The notes below the pieces were generated by a model that was not told the origin of the DNA, searched no databases, and was given only the letters and a program-made list of their open reading frames with translations. This document shows, one piece after another, positions 1-14,644 of a stretch of DNA of 64,000 nucleotides (within the stretch, counting starts at the first letter, position 1; every line of letters begins with the position of its first letter). A program made the position numbers and the translations under genes. Source of the stretch: Lama glama (lineage: Eukaryota); contig CM052818.1 of NCBI GenBank assembly GCA_028534125.1, forward strand, positions 9,054,001 through 9,118,000, in the 5' to 3' direction.

Positions 1-200
1 CCAGCCAAAATAAAAGATGCATAGGGCAAGGTCTTGAGCGGGAATGCAAAGTTTCCATGTCACCTCACCACAGAGTCAGGATGCATCACTCTCCTGGCAC
101 ATCAATGCATAACGATACATGCAGATTACTGTTTGCCAGGAAAACTCATCAGAGATAAAAATTCCTGTTTTTATTGGGGTTTCATTACATTGGCACGATT
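1..200. mobile_element. LTR fragment (MER21-like)
   Basis: Resembles MER21-family sequence (ttccatg..., gtttttattggggtttcattac); family from recognition only. Confidence 0.45.
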
Positions 201-234
201 ATTTGTTTTTTGGCAATTGAGTTCAGTTAGAGCC

Positions 235-816
235 ACCTCAGGCCACAGCTGCATAACAAATGTCCCTAGGCTTTCTGGCTAAGATGGTTTAGATAACAGA
301 ATTGCTTTAAATTACTTACCGGCTGAACAAAGAGGAGTCTGTGCCAAAGCATTTAGTTCCCGCTGTACATGAAGCAAAACCTCTCATATTGTAGCAAATA
401 TAAGAAATTGTTTTAACAAACAATTCACTTGGGACATTCTTTGATTTTTTTTTTTTTTGATACCAACTAGTTTGGTTCATGGGGGCCATGACTAAGGAAC
501 ATACTCTAGTCTCTTGGTATTATCCTCCTGATAGTCATTATCATATAATCTCCCTGGTGCACTATTCTCTCAAGGGTCTTAAATATGTGTTCATACCCAT
601 CAACAGTACATCAGACGGTCTCACTGCACTTAGAGAAACAGAAACAGAATGAACAATGAGATAAACAGCAAAAACAATTCTTCCACAGACCTGACATGAT
701 GACCTACAACTTTCACAAAAAAAGAACAACTTAACTCTGGTAGTGACCATGAATGTGCTAATATCAAATTTTTGATTAATCTCTCATGTATGAGAGGATG
801 ACCAAAAGAGAAGAAC
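235..816 (+). pseudogene. Decayed ERV1 env (TM subunit) followed by a polypurine tract
   Basis: From 289 the frame reads LDNRIALNYLPAEQRGVCAKAFSSRCT*, i.e. an immunosuppressive domain plus degenerate CX6CC. A hydrophobic segment SLGIILLIVIII lies near 510-545 and the PPT aaaagagaagaac near 804-816. Confidence 0.8.
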
Positions 817-1195
817 TGTTAAATTAATTAAACAAGGAGGCCTTTAGTCTGAGGTGGCTCTAATACCTCAGGTAGCCTATGTAAGCAAACCCAAATCTAA
901 GCCTGAAACGCCTCAAGGTTAACATATCAAAACTTAAGGACAACCAATCACAAAGAGCCAACTAAGCTTTCCCAAATAAGGCAACTGCTTAAGCTACAGC
1001 CAATCATCAGCATCATCATAATCATCAAATAATTTCCTTGCTTTGCTTCCATCTCTTCTCTATGAAAGTTTTTTCCCTAGCTCCCATCAGCGGTGAACTC
1101 CTAACTACTTCTGATTTGGCATTGCCCAACTGGAATCAATTTTTGTTCAATTAAACTCTTAAAATTTTTAATATGCCTCACTTTATCTTTTAACA
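817..1195 (+). mobile_element. ERV1 3' LTR (MER57/MER93-like)
   Basis: TGTTAAA...TTTAACA inverted termini, directly after the PPT; CCAAT boxes; ATTAAA near 1150. Confidence 0.75.
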
Positions 1196-2899
1196 GTCAT
1201 TACTCAGGCTTTGTGTGTGTGTTGGGGGGGGTGCATTTATGACCTTTCTGTGAAATAGAAAGCAGGGTACCTTCACTGCTCCAAAAGGCTTCTTTTAAAA
1301 AGTCAGGATAGAAATAAGTGTTCTGTACAAGCACAAGCCATTAAGAGAAAAAAGGTTCACATTTTAGATGTCTCCAGTTTCACTGCAATAAAACAATACT
1401 TCGTAAAGTAGCCAGAAAAGCTGCATCGACTAACGAAACTATCTGAGGCTGCTCTCTCAACAGCAAACAACTAGTGGCCGGCATTTGTTTGCTCTGATTT
1501 TTCAAATAAAGCAGTTGAAAACACAATATAGATGTGCATTTTGCCCTTGTTTCCATCTTTAATTTTTATGAAATATTTGATGTCAGATTAAAAGACTCAG
1601 CCTAAGAGTACCTCAGAATGAGCACACAGGATTTCAGATTAGAAAGATCTCCTCCCTAGATGCAAAATCCTACACAAGTTGCCAAACTTCTCTGAGCCTC
1701 CATTTCTTCTGTTTTCAAATGGAACTAGTAATACTAATCTCAAACGACACTGACAAGATTTAAATGAGATAATATATGAAAGCATGAAATGGTATCAAAC
1801 ACATGGTAGGCACTCAAGAAACATTTTTCTTTTTTTCTTCCTTCTCTCATTTAGGATTTTTTCATGAGTAGTTGCCTGCTTTACTAAGGGCAGATAATTC
1901 TTTAGAAATCTTTATTTACAACTCTTAAGAAAAATGAAAAAAAGAACATAGTTATTTGGGTTTGTTAGAGAATGGGTTTAACAATAAACTCAAAATCCTA
2001 AAACAGAAACCATAGGCAGTTTGGGCTTATTTCATAACAAAGAAACTCAGTACGCTGACAAGTGGAATGCCCTTTTCCTTGTTTTAAGTTTCCTTTCATT
2101 GGTCTACCTTTAAGACCAAGCAAGATTTTACAGCTGACATTAGTTTTTAAAGGCTTCAACTCAGCCAGCAAAGCAGTCAATACAAAAACTAAGGTAAGAA
2201 TCCTTGATAAAAGTGGAAAAATCAGTCTCAAAGAAACATTGCAAATCCTGTCCTTATACAGAAAATAGAGGATTTCACTCAAGCCAGATGACAATTTGAA
2301 ATGTTTTAGTATGGTAGTTCAAGGAGGTACCGAAAAGTCAAAGTTACAAAAGCCATCTTATAATAAAAACAAGAAAGGTTATAATCAAAGAGAATAAATC
2401 TGGAAAGCCATGTTTTGTTTTAATGTATAAGGGGGGATTCAAAATATGCTACTATTTTCATTTTTAATTGTCTTCAGTAATTATTTTAAAGTGACTATTT
2501 GGGGGAGGGTTGGTGTTTTTGTTTTGATTTTCTTTTTTAAATAACAAAGATTAGGCTGACTATTTAAATCCTTTCCCTAATGCATCTTTAGTGCATCTAA
2601 ATTAACATTAAACAGTTGTTTACAGAAATCTAAATATCATTCTTAAAGGAAAAATCAAATAGTTCCCTGACCTTGCAAAATACATTTGAACTAAAATTTT
2701 TCTAAGTCATCTTTTCCTATCCATTTCACTATGAAATAAAAATATCAGATGTAAATTTTTACTTGGGGAAAAACATAAACTTCCATTTTCCTTCAACCAA
2801 AAATTATGCATCTTTGTTCAAATAAAAATTACAAGGAATTACTTTTGAGGGGCTAACTTTTAAAGCACCTCAAAAATTATCCTACTCATTATTTGTGAT

Positions 2900-3680
2900 C
2901 TTAAAACCAAGTTATCTGATAAAGATGAGTGGAACAAACTTAAGAGTTCAGAAATAAACCCTTATATTTATGGTTAGTTGATTTTCAACAAAGGTGAAAA
3001 GGCAATTTAATGAAGAAAGGATAGTCTTTTCAACAAATGGGGCTGGAATAATTGTGCACCCATGTGCATAAAGTTTAATTTAGATTGTGGTCCTCAAGTT
3101 TTCATTATCACATTCTTAAAGAGTGTCTCCAGATATTTTATACCTAATTGGGCCTTCACTTCAAAAAATTTTAATGCCACAAATATCCTGATTATCTGTT
3201 TATGTACTATAGATCTACCCCTGCTTTATTTATACATAAAAACAGTAAGATTTTTTCATTCCTCAAGAACCAGTTCTCTCCTGCACTGAGAATGCATGAG
3301 AACATTAAGTCACAAATACACAAAAATTAACTCAAAATGGATCATATACAAAAATTTAAAACCTAAAACTATAAAACTTCTTAAAAAAAAAACAGAAGAG
3401 AACATCTCTGAGAACTTTTGGTTTGCAAACAGCTCTTAAGCACAACACTAAACGTGCAACCCATGAAGGAATAAAATTATAAACTGGTCTTTTTCAAAAT
3501 CAAATACATTTGCAGTTCAAAAGCCAATTAAATGACAAGCCATAGTCTGGGAGAAATATCTGCAAGTCATATTTCTCGTAACAAATTTGTATCCAGAATA
3601 TATATATTTTAAGTTCTTATAACTCAGTAATAACACCAAATGAATTTACAATGGGTAAAAGATTTAAATAGACATTTCAC
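2900..3680 (+). mobile_element. Old L1 ORF2 3' fragments
   Basis: Typical L1 phrases (ttcaacaaatgg, aaaattaactcaaaatggatcata, aatagacatttc). Confidence 0.75.
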
Positions 3681-3682
3681 TT

Positions 3683-6600
3683 CTGTACCTTTGGGGGGAT
3701 ATCCTTTGCATCCATGACTAAGCCATAAAAAATCTTACTGTTGGAGTAACATTTTGAATGAGTATATTTTCTGAAGCTGGGTTAGAGTCCCAAGCGTCTT
3801 TTTTGTAAGGTACCTGTTGGGCTGGGAGTTCTTCCTGGCTTTGGTTTCAAGGCCTCTCTGTTCTATGTTTCGAAGCCTCTCTGTTTTCTCAGGCTGCGAG
3901 TTCTTGGTTTTTTTGTTCCAAGGACTCTCTGTTCTCCCTACCTGATCCTGCTGCTGCCACGGAAACTTAGTTGACTGAAAAGTTGACTGAAACCTTCCTT
4001 CTCAAACCCCTGCTGACTATACGCTCTGCCACTACAGCACTAACTCGATAGGCTTCCTCTCTTGTTGGCATGACTTTACTAAGAATAATTTAGAACTTCA
4101 AAGGCTTCTTTGGGAAACTCAACATCTCCCAAGCTCACTCCACCAAGACCTTCCCCATCCCATTCCAGCCCAACTCCCTAGAGTCACTGGAACTTCAGAC
4201 CCCTGCTCTCTCCCTCTAGGGACTCAAGGACCCAACAAAAGCAACCACCTGGCTAAAAAGGTTAACTGGAAACAAAGTTTAGCCCACATCCTTCAGAAGA
4301 TTATACATCAAGACAAAAGAAAATCTTAGCAGTCTCCTCCACAAATATTGGTAAAAAGCTGTAGCCCTTATATTGAGTAGGTAACAGCTTGTTTCATTTA
4401 CCAGAAATACAATTCAGTAAAAATATAAAGTAGGACAAAGATGAGAACTAACTCTTAAATATAAACTAGTGAATTCTGTATTACTGTATTTATGCCAGAC
4501 TGATAGCTAAAATTTTAGAACAAAAGTCATAAAGCTCTCTACTTGTGTATGTCAGTCTATCCATATATATGTTATGTATATGTAGTATTTTCCTACCTCC
4601 AGATGGTATTACTAAATTAACAAAAAGGTTCTAATTGGCTTAGGGAAAAAAATAAGCACTTATATAAATTAAATATTCCTTAAACTCTCAGAAATATAGG
4701 AACTAACCAAAATGTTTTTCGAGTTCACATGACTTGAAAATAACATGATTTGGTAAATAACAAACCTTTAATATTGTTGGTTTAATAAAACAGGAATGTC
4801 CTCAGAGTTGTCAGCATTAAGTATAATGCAGACATACATTTTATTCTACTTGAACTTACTAGTCAAATTAACTAATATTATATTTACTAGATGTTTAAGA
4901 TTATAAAACTTATGGTTTGATCTCAATCGAACTGAATCATTATTCTGACAAACTATTTTAATAATAATTGTGTTATAAAAATGACTGCTTAGAAATAGTG
5001 TCCAAAATCTTTTTGGTAACTTGAACTTGATAGTTATACTATGTTAAGTGATAGATATTTACTGAGTACCCAGATCATTCCTAAATAAGATAAAACACTT
5101 GAAACATTAATTACTGAATATAAGTTTGAGTGTATATATTTTTTGCTTATTTTTACAGAGAGACTAAAGATTTTAGGTCTGTTAATCAACATGTTCTTCC
5201 TGTCACACTGAGAAACTGTACTATGAAAACAGCATATACATTTAGAAGTTGTGAGAGAGTGTATTTATAAAATGTGCTAATCTGCTACAAAATGCTAGTA
5301 TATGACAGGCAATTCTGTTGTCTACTACCTAGTTTCCTCTATAAAATAAAGGTTACTAATGGTTAAAAGTTATCATCAATTTTATATGTAAATGGACTAC
5401 AAAAAACCAACAAGGGTTAAGGGAAACATTTCTGTATGAAAAGTATTCAAGGAATGTAGGATATGTTTTTGTTGAGGGGGAAAAAAAAGGAGTAATTTTG
5501 TCCTAAACTAGTTGTTTAGAGATCGTTTAAAGATTGCTCCAGAGAAAGGAAAGTGAAAGGACAAAACCTAAAATGATACAGAAAGTAATAAAGGGTCTGT
5601 GGGGAAAACGAAAACAAAACCAAGAGCAAGAGAAATTTATCTCATGTGGTCAAGTTGGTTAAGACGGAATGAATTTATTTTAAGATTTTAAAGTGAACTT
5701 TAATATCAATACTGTACATATGCAAACTAAACTGGGTTTTTTTCCTCTCTTAAAAGGACAAAGTTTATTGGACTATTGGCCTACACTTTATCTTTTTCTT
5801 TACCTTTTAAATAATCTACCTAAGGAAACAAAAACTCTGTGTCTACTGGAATAATTTCTGATGTTTTATCATGTCATTAGTTAAGAGAACTGAGCCTTCT
5901 CTTCTAAAAAGTGACCCATGATCTATTTAATCAAGTGTTCAAGCCTTTTGACATTTTGACAGCTTTTAATATCTTGCCTTCCCCAAATCAAATCCTAAAT
6001 AAAATCTTGATCTTGAACTACGAGATTTCCCGGAGAACATCTGGAAAACCTCAAAGGATCTGTTCTTTCACCTTTTAAAAAGAGAGCTGTCTGAGATAAT
6101 TAAGTTTGTTTGATACATTAAATTGCATGGGAAACACTGTCAAATAAGAAGTGATGCTTAACCTTCTCTCGGTTATATTTGTATGAGCACATGTTATTAA
6201 TATAGATTCTTCAGAAATTATACAAAGTTCCTAGAAATTTGCTAATACTCTTGATATCCTTGATATGTCCTGATATAATGTTATTAGTCATAATTCTAGT
6301 TATCTTAAAATGTGTTGTCACAGAAACAACCAAATTTCTCATCAACTGCATTATTTTTATAACGAACTCTCATCAGATCTATAACCATGGCCATTTAAAG
6401 TCTCCTGTCACTCACATATAGTTATTGTTTTATTCTGAGGCTTTCTTGAAAGCATTTGCAATCAGCTACAAACCAGAATGCTTTATCTTCCACAAAGGGA
6501 CTATTTTAGAAACTCACAGAGAGGACTATGACAAATAACCTGAGATACAGGCTTCTGACAGCATTGCTTACATAACTTTGAGATCAAACTTCTGTACTGA

Positions 6601-8109
6601 ACAAGAATTTCCAGAACTCTAGTGAAGATGCTGATGGGTTCATACTACTGATAACCCAATATAAAGCAGAATGAGAATTAATTACATGGGACTAAATTAA
6701 CTGATAAAGAGTAATTATAAGTTTTTTTGTTTGTTTGGAACATTGCTGGTTCTTTAATGTTCTATTTTCTGGAGGTAAAGTTCCCCTTTCTCTTTTTTCT
6801 CAAACTATCTATAACTCACAACAATTTAGTAGATTATACCTTTGTCAACAAAAATAAATATGTTATCTTTTTCTCCCTGCCTGATTCCACTAGTTTCGGG
6901 AACTCTTACTGCATATTCTTATTTTCACGGTAATATAGTTATTTTCATAAGTTCAGTAAGAATTTGTTCTCCCTGTAACAGGACACAATTGGAAACACTG
7001 GTTATATTAACCAAGACTTGGACAGAAATGCCACATTTGAGAATGATGAGCATTGACTTAGATATGACCAGACAGTTTTAAGGAACCATGGTTGATTTAT
7101 AGAGCCAATGTTTACAAAGCCCTCTTGAACCGCCAGCCTGGTATCTAAGTTACAGTGTTACCAGCCTTATAGGTGACTAAGGAAGGTCACTAGTGGCAAG
7201 CTCAGGAGCTTTAAGCTATTTTGGGGACCACAAAAAGAGAAGAATATACCCAAATCTATAGATTACTGCAGATGAAGTCCTGTGGTGAGTTCTTGGCTTG
7301 GCTTTCTGGCCTCAAGAGAGTTTTAAGTCCAATTTGAGATCCCTTATGAAAGTCCCAGCAAAGCAAATTTTAAAAGGTCTGTGTGGTCAATTATCAACCT
7401 TGCTGCATTTATGTAAATAATTAGGCCAAATTTAAAGAGATGACTTATTTTATAAACAAGGATAATCTTACTTTGATATCATTGATCAAAATGAGGGTGA
7501 TTATAGAGAGAAATTTCATAATTGCAGAGAGAAATATTTTTTTCAGTAGAAAACTAAAACCCACTCTTATGGGTTATTAGATTCTATTTCTGTTCATTGT
7601 CTTTGAGCTGTTTTTCATTTCCATGTAAGCTGGATCCTGCCATCATGTTCCCATTTTTTTCTCTCACTCTCCTGACTTAGTATCACTGACAACTAAAAAC
7701 TGACTACCCAGATCCTTACTGACACTCTAGGTTGTCTTGTCCCAGTGCCCTGCAAACTAAAGCTGGACAACTTTCTATAAACTTAAAACCACTTACTACT
7801 TCAAGTTTGGACCACTCGGGAGGTTCACCAAATACCCGTACCTTCCATGCTCTGCTCTAGTAAATAACCAGACGCTGATGTCTCACTCCACTAACTAAAA
7901 ACGATGCTGAAAAACATCTAGAAATATTCTCAACTGGCTGCCCTCTGGACTCAAAAAATGTGTTTATAGTCTACTCCAAACATTAAAAATTTAACAGAAG
8001 AAAAAAATCTTTGTTTCTACATTCTAATTTGTGTTCCTCTTGCTTTTGTGTGTGTGTGTGTGTGTGTGTGTGCATGTGAAGCTTCTAGGAAAGTTTCAGA
8101 TGGAAGAAA
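3683..8109 (+). mobile_element. ERV1 (MER4-group-like) non-coding internal region
   Basis: Long AT-rich, ORF-less segment with MER4-int-like character, ending in a purine tract abutting an LTR; no 5' LTR seen. Confidence 0.65.
8048..8072. repeat. (GT)n microsatellite
   Basis: About 12 GT units read directly. Confidence 0.95.
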
Positions 8110-8552
8110 TGTGAGGACCCACTCTGACCCTCAGAGTTGATGTAAAGATTATATTAAAGTGAAAACATTTGAATTAAGATATAGAAAGAAATCTTATCTA
8201 AACTTTCCTTACTGACTAAAGCAGTCTCCAAAAACATAGCTGCCTTTAATTCCCCCCTCGAAAGAAGTTTCCTGAGAATTCAGCTGCCATGAAGACAGAT
8301 GGCCTATGTCTTAGCGTCAGAAAGCCCAATGGAACCTTCCATACCTTCCCACTGAAGCCCTAAACACAACTACCACCACCTTTGTTAAGTTTGGTATACA
8401 AACCTTTTATCTCTGGCTATTGAGCACTCCCTCATATATACCATGAAAGCCTAAATAAACTTTGTTTTTCCTCCTCTTAATCTGTCTGTTATCACCTAAT
8501 CTGCAGGCACAACCACTGGATCCAAGTTGGAAAAGTTTTCCTCTCAGCAACA
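8110..8552 (+). mobile_element. ERV1 3' LTR (MER34/MER39-group-like)
   Basis: TG...CA ends; AATAAA near 8455 followed by ttaatctgtct; preceded by a purine tract. Confidence 0.7.
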
Positions 8553-11500
8553 TCAAGCAATGAAACGGGAAAGATATTCTTAATACAGTCTAGTCAATAC
8601 CAATAACCTCAACACTGAAGACTATGAACACTCTAGAGAGTAATATTTGGCTTTAGTGGGCTCTTCACTAATCATAAAGCCTAACTGACAAACCAGTGAA
8701 TGCTACACTACCCTAGCCCTTCATTGTCCACTTTGTTTACTTCTCAGTTGCATATCCTTAGCCTTCTCTCTTAACTGAAAATTTCAATCCATAACATGTT
8801 AAGCCTTAGCATACCTGAAACTTGGTCCTTCTCCAAAGAACCCTAAAGACACATACCCACTCAACTCCCTTTGTTCCAGTTGAAGCAACCATCCAATTAT
8901 TATCTTAATTTTGCAGGTAATCTTAGTAAGAAGTGTCTTGAACAATGGATACAAATATTTTGGTCAATATACAGGTGAGCTCAAGCATAAGATGACCAAA
9001 AACAAAAGCAAAAACAGAAACAAAAACCCTTCTGATTTATCCAGCAGGCTCTGAGAAGTCTACCTCTAAGAGACTGACCAGTTCTGGATGCCAGAACAAA
9101 AGAGAAACATTCAAAGAGTATCAATGCTGAATCCTGGTAACTCTCAAAATTCTGCCATACAAAGAAGACTGTCCTGGGAGTTGGATGGCTTCCTTATATT
9201 GGAGAACTCCTATTTTTCTTGAACTCCAATAGCATTCACCTGGAATTTTAATAACATGTGGTCATGATTGTATAGATAAGGTGATGTCCCTGAAAAAGCC
9301 AATATCTGACAAATTCCTTTTCCAAAACTGAAATTTTTAATTAGTTCTTTAGGATACTGAAAAAAAAAAAGCTACATATGACTCAGTTTCTTACAGGATT
9401 GTTATCACTGTGTATAAAGTGTATTCCACTGCAGATGGACATGGCTCTCCAAGACAAAAAACTAAAACCTAACTTCATAATGAGGGAACTCTTACTTGCA
9501 AATTTTGCAAATATTTGTTTAACTTAAAAAACACTAACTCTACAACTGGCCTTTTCTTTTGGCTGTTGAGAACCCTTGTAATATATTCTGTATCCAGTGG
9601 ATCTAAACACAGATCCTTGAAGTAAATTACTTTCCTGAAGGATAAAGAGAATTAACACTTTACCACATAGTGGGACTTTAATATAATAGATACAATTACT
9701 AAATACATATCATATGCCAAGCACTATTTAGGAGTTTTACATATATTATCACATATATTAGATATATTGCTAAATATAGCTGAATTACAAATTATTTTTC
9801 TTAATCTGCATATAAAGAAATTGAGGCTCAGAAAGATTAAGCACTTCACCCAACTTTACCCAATTAGTAAACTGTAATACTGGGATTTTCAACTAAAGTC
9901 CTTCTGCCTCTGAAATCCTATTACTTCTACTAACAAACAGTCTCCTAAAATGCACAAATTCACTAGAATGGTGCTAGGTGATCTCCAAACCTCATGTTCA
10001 GTAACCAACAGAATGGTTTCTTCTTTTAAGTAGGAAGATGGCAGTTGATGACATCTTCTTGTACTTACTGTTTCCCAAATATCCCATGATCTTTTATATC
10101 TCCATGCTGTGGCTCAAGATGCTTCCTCTGGTTGTGATATCCTCTACAACCCCCAACTCTTCTCCAACTCCTTTAGAACACAGCTCAGGAAATTAGTGGT
10201 TTCCTCCTCTTTATCTACCCAATACCATTTTTCTACCTGTTATGAGTGATTAAAACTACAGACTAAAGAGTCAAAATAACCTGTGTTCAGTACTAACACT
10301 TTCCACTTCCCTAAGAAGATCTTGGGCAAGTTATTTATCTACTCTAAGCCTCAACTTGTCATTTCTTATATGGAGATAAGAATATCTTCCCCACTGGATT
10401 GTACTGAGGATTAAATGAGAAACTCAGTACAAGATATCCTATGTATCCTCTACTGCACACTTTTCCAGGCTATCAGATTCTAGTCCAATTAAATGTCTTT
10501 GTGCTATTTAGCAAGAAAGTGGTAGATTACTAATAGATATGTAAATTATGTCCTGTCAAATAGTAATTTAATTACTATCTTGGAGGCGGGGAGTGGGGAA
10601 ACACCAGTCTTGTCTAGTCTCAACTTACAATTCATGTAATTCCTTTACACCACAAAAATCTGTGCTGTTTTGATTTTTCCTTTGAGTGGCTTATATCTGC
10701 CTGGTTGCCTCATATGAGTAAAATTAATTCTTTAACATGTATTCATTTTGTAGGAGTCACAATTTGACTTTTTTGGAAAAATTACATTTTAACAGTACAA
10801 TCATCATCATTATCATGATGACTCCCAATCTTGATCTTTTCTAAACTCCATACTCCTTATATTCAAGCCCATTAGGATCCTCACTTGAATGTTCCAATAA
10901 ATGGTTTTCTTTACCTAGAAAACTTGTTCTTCCTTATAGCAGCCAGTCTCCAAGATGACCCCCAATGATCCTGTCTCTCCTGACTTTTTGAAGAGTCTAG
11001 GTCAGTTGTTTTGCAGGATCATTCATTAGAGTAGGTTTATACATTTTGGGGACAGAAATATTATATGTGAGACAGAGATGTCAATTTGTCTATTGATGAT
11101 GCTAACTTTCATCCTTTGACTAAGGTGATATCCACTGCTGACTCTCAATCCTTCTGTTGTTAGGGTTTCCGATCCACCAAAGCTACCTAGCATCTATTTC
11201 TTCACCTCTAACTACACTTATTTCAAATCCTTTCTAATCTCTCCACACTCCAAATCCTCCTTCCTACCCTTCAATCTCTGCAGGGAATCTATGTCCTAAT
11301 TCACTACTAAAATCCAAAAATGGCTCCTTCAACCATCTCTACTTCTAAATGTCCTTCCAGATACAACAACCAAATGTAACGTGTGGTCTACGATCAGATT
11401 CTGGTTTGAATAAACCAGCAATAAAAGACATATCTGGGGGCAATTAGGGAAACACTGAAATATTAAGAAATTGTTGTCAATTGTGTTAGTTATATAATCA

Positions 11501-12139
11501 CACTGTTTTATGTAGTTCACCCATGGGGATAGTATCTTAGGTATTTTTAGCATCACTAATGTTTTGAACATACAAAGTCATTAAAATCCATGGTAGTCCA
11601 CGTTTCACTTCTCAATTTGTGATATTTCTGGAATATAATCAAACATACAGTAAAAAAATAAAAAAGGAGGGGGGGCGACCAAGTTTAGGAAAAGAGTTTA
11701 TAAATGTGTATATAACAAAAACAAATGTCACAAAGACTTAACAAATGGCCTGGATTACAACTAAAATCAACTCAAATATTAAATATTTAAACACATCCTA
11801 AAAGGTAAACTATTCAAGCTTTCCTTTACTTCATTACAAATGTTATAATTCTTAATGAAAACAAAAGACAGGCCAACAAATCACTTTTTAAAGTTCCCTT
11901 CTAGCTCTTCTTTATACGCCTATATGATTTCTGATTCTAGGCGTAGTCACAGTATAAATATATATTAAAGCATTTAATATAAACATGTATACACAACTCA
12001 AGACTATTTGGCACTTGCAATTAGATTCTTTTCTGGGTAAATACAGTGTCAGTGTCATGAAAGATATTTAATAACACTCTCACACAATCAAGCAGTCTCT
12101 AGGATTTTCAGAAATAAACCAGCAGATCAAAACGTAACA

Positions 12140-12900
12140 GCAATACACCTATTAGAATGGACAAAATCCAAAACACTGACACACCAAATGCTGGCAAGGA
12201 TGTGAAGGAATGTGAAATCTCAGTCATTGCTGGTAGGAATGCAAAGTGCTACAGACTCTTTGGAAGACAGTTTGGCTGTTTCTTACAAAACCATACATAC
12301 TCTTAACTATACGATGCAGCAATTGCACTCCTTGGTATTTACCCAAATGAGCTGAAAATTTATGTCCTCACAGAAAACTGCACACAGATATTTACAGCAG
12401 TTTTATTCACAACTGCCAAAACTTGGAAGCAACCAAGATGTCCTTCAGCAGGTGAATGGATGAACTGTGGCACATCCAGACAATGGAATATAATTCAATA
12501 CTAAAAAGAAATGAGCTATGAAGCCATGAAATGACATGGAGAAAACTTAAATGCATATTACTAAGTGAAAGAAATCAATCTGGAAAGGTTACATTGTCTA
12601 TGATTCCAATTATATGACATTCTACAAAAGATAAAACCATGGAGACAAAACCATGGTTGCCAAGGAGAAGTGGAGGGAGAGATGAACAGGTGAGTCCTAA
12701 TGTAAATTATGGTGTCTGGGTGATAATGATGTGTCAGTGTAGGTTCACCTATCATAATAAATGTACCATTCTGCAGGAGGTGCTGAGAATGGGGGAGGAC
12801 TTTATGTATGGAAACAGGAAGTAATGAGAACTCTATGTACTTTCTGCTCAGTTTTGCTGTGATCTTAAAACTGCTCTAAAAATTAAGCCTATTTACATTT
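12140..12900 (+). mobile_element. L1M (L1MB/MC-like) 3' end
   Basis: ORF2 terminus and 3' UTR phrases (ccaaatgctggcaaggatgtg, gcaattgcactccttggtatttacccaaa). Confidence 0.85.
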
Positions 12901-13336
12901 TTTAAAAGGCTATGAGTTTCAAAGATCTTGGTTATTATAAAGAAAATTAAATGCATGTTTTCGTATCAGGAGACATACATGGTCAAAAGAAAATTATTAG
13001 TCTGGTTTTGTTTTTTATGGGGAGGAGACATAACTGTTTCCCAGGAGCAGACTGTTACCTACTTCTTTGGCAAAGTCAAAAGTTAGGAACAAGCCTGTAC
13101 CACAGCTTAAATACATGTTCAGTTCCTATTCTATTTACTGCTTGCTCTCCCTGTGCAAAAAACAACTTGATTTAGTAGACTTCAGAATGAGAGCATTCCA
13201 CAGGTTTGACTATGTGAATCTGAAAATGTCAGATTCATTTAAAAAGATTAAAGATCCTGATGGTTATTAATGTCTCAAGAAGACATTTATATAAAAACTA
13301 AAAGTAAGCATAAAGATTAATTTCCTCTTCAAACAT

Positions 13337-13661
13337 GACTAACAGTTTGTGCCCCAACCCATTCCCCCATTTCAAATGTTGAAGCCCTAATCTCCAATGT
13401 GATAGTATTTGGAGTGGAGCCTTTGGGTGGTAATTAAGTGGGGCCCTCATAACGGAACTAGTGCCAAAGAAGAGGTTATGTGAGCACACAGTGAGAAGGC
13501 AGTCGCTTACAAGTCAAGAAAAAAGGACTCAGAATGAAACCTACCTTGCTGGCACTTGATCTTAGACTTCTCAGGTTCCAGAACTCTGAGAAATAAATTT
13601 CAGCTGCTTAAGTCTCCCAGTTTGTGGTATTTTGTTATGGCAGCCAAAGCAGGCTAAGACA
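13337..13661 (+). mobile_element. MaLR LTR (MLT1A-like)
   Basis: gttgaagccctaa..., gaaataaattt..., ends tggtattttgttatggcagcc...gctaagaca. Confidence 0.85.
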
Positions 13662-14644
13662 TAGTGGAAACCAAAAGCAATTCTAATGGCTTGCCCCAAT
13701 TAGAACCTAATCCAAACCAATGCCTTAGGACCATGACTCCCAGATTCATACCCACTAATTTTTGAAGTGAATTTACTATCAATGAATACAAATTCACAAT
13801 AGGATAGAAAATAAAAGGAAAAGGTAATATACGATGGGAATCAAAATTCAGTATTTTGTCCTGTGGAAAAATCAACTTTATAATTCAGATCCATCTCCCA
13901 TCTTGTGGATCACACCTGTTACTTTGCTTCCTTCTGCTGCACTCATATGATCATTTTGTTGTTTACTGAAAGTCTGACCTAGGTAAGTAGCAACAAAATG
14001 TTGTGAAATTCAAACTGATTAATTTTGATCCTTCCAAGCAACTTTCCTGATGAAAATGAAGCCTTATTGACAAATGTGTTGTGGGTCAGGTGTTTTAAAC
14101 CAGTAAACTACAGGCTCTTATACATTTCATATCCTCCCCAATACTTAGCACAATACTTTGCACACAATTTAATGAATATAGGAATGAATGAAAGACTGCA
14201 TACTTGTTTCATCACCTGATTACAATGACTACTCCAATTCTGAATCATCTATCATTCAGAAGAAAATGACTATGCCTAACCTGATGGAGCATTAAAAGGG
14301 TTTACAACTTAACAATGAAAGAATTTTGACAGATATTCTATAAAAAGTGGTATTTTCTGTTTCCCAGTCCACTAATCAAACCAGCTTTAAAATCCTAATA
14401 TTCTGATCGCCTGAAAGAACAGCCTAGTATCGGCTTCAGCAAAGTTATCCTGAGACTAGATATCCTGAATGCAGTTTGCTGCTTTCCATATTACCCAGGT
14501 CTAATTACAGAACATTACACTAGGATTAGATTAAATTACACCATTATTCAACAAAAAGATCTACAATTTTAGTCACTCCAGAACAAATTTCGATGCTAAT
14601 TCAGAAATCATGCAAAGTTGAGTGATTCTATTAATTTGATTCTT

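Noticed and set aside
9388..9470. Possible ~50-nt minus-strand cryptic exon in COMMD1 intron 1
   Set aside because: GAG acceptor and weak exonic donor context; expected by chance.
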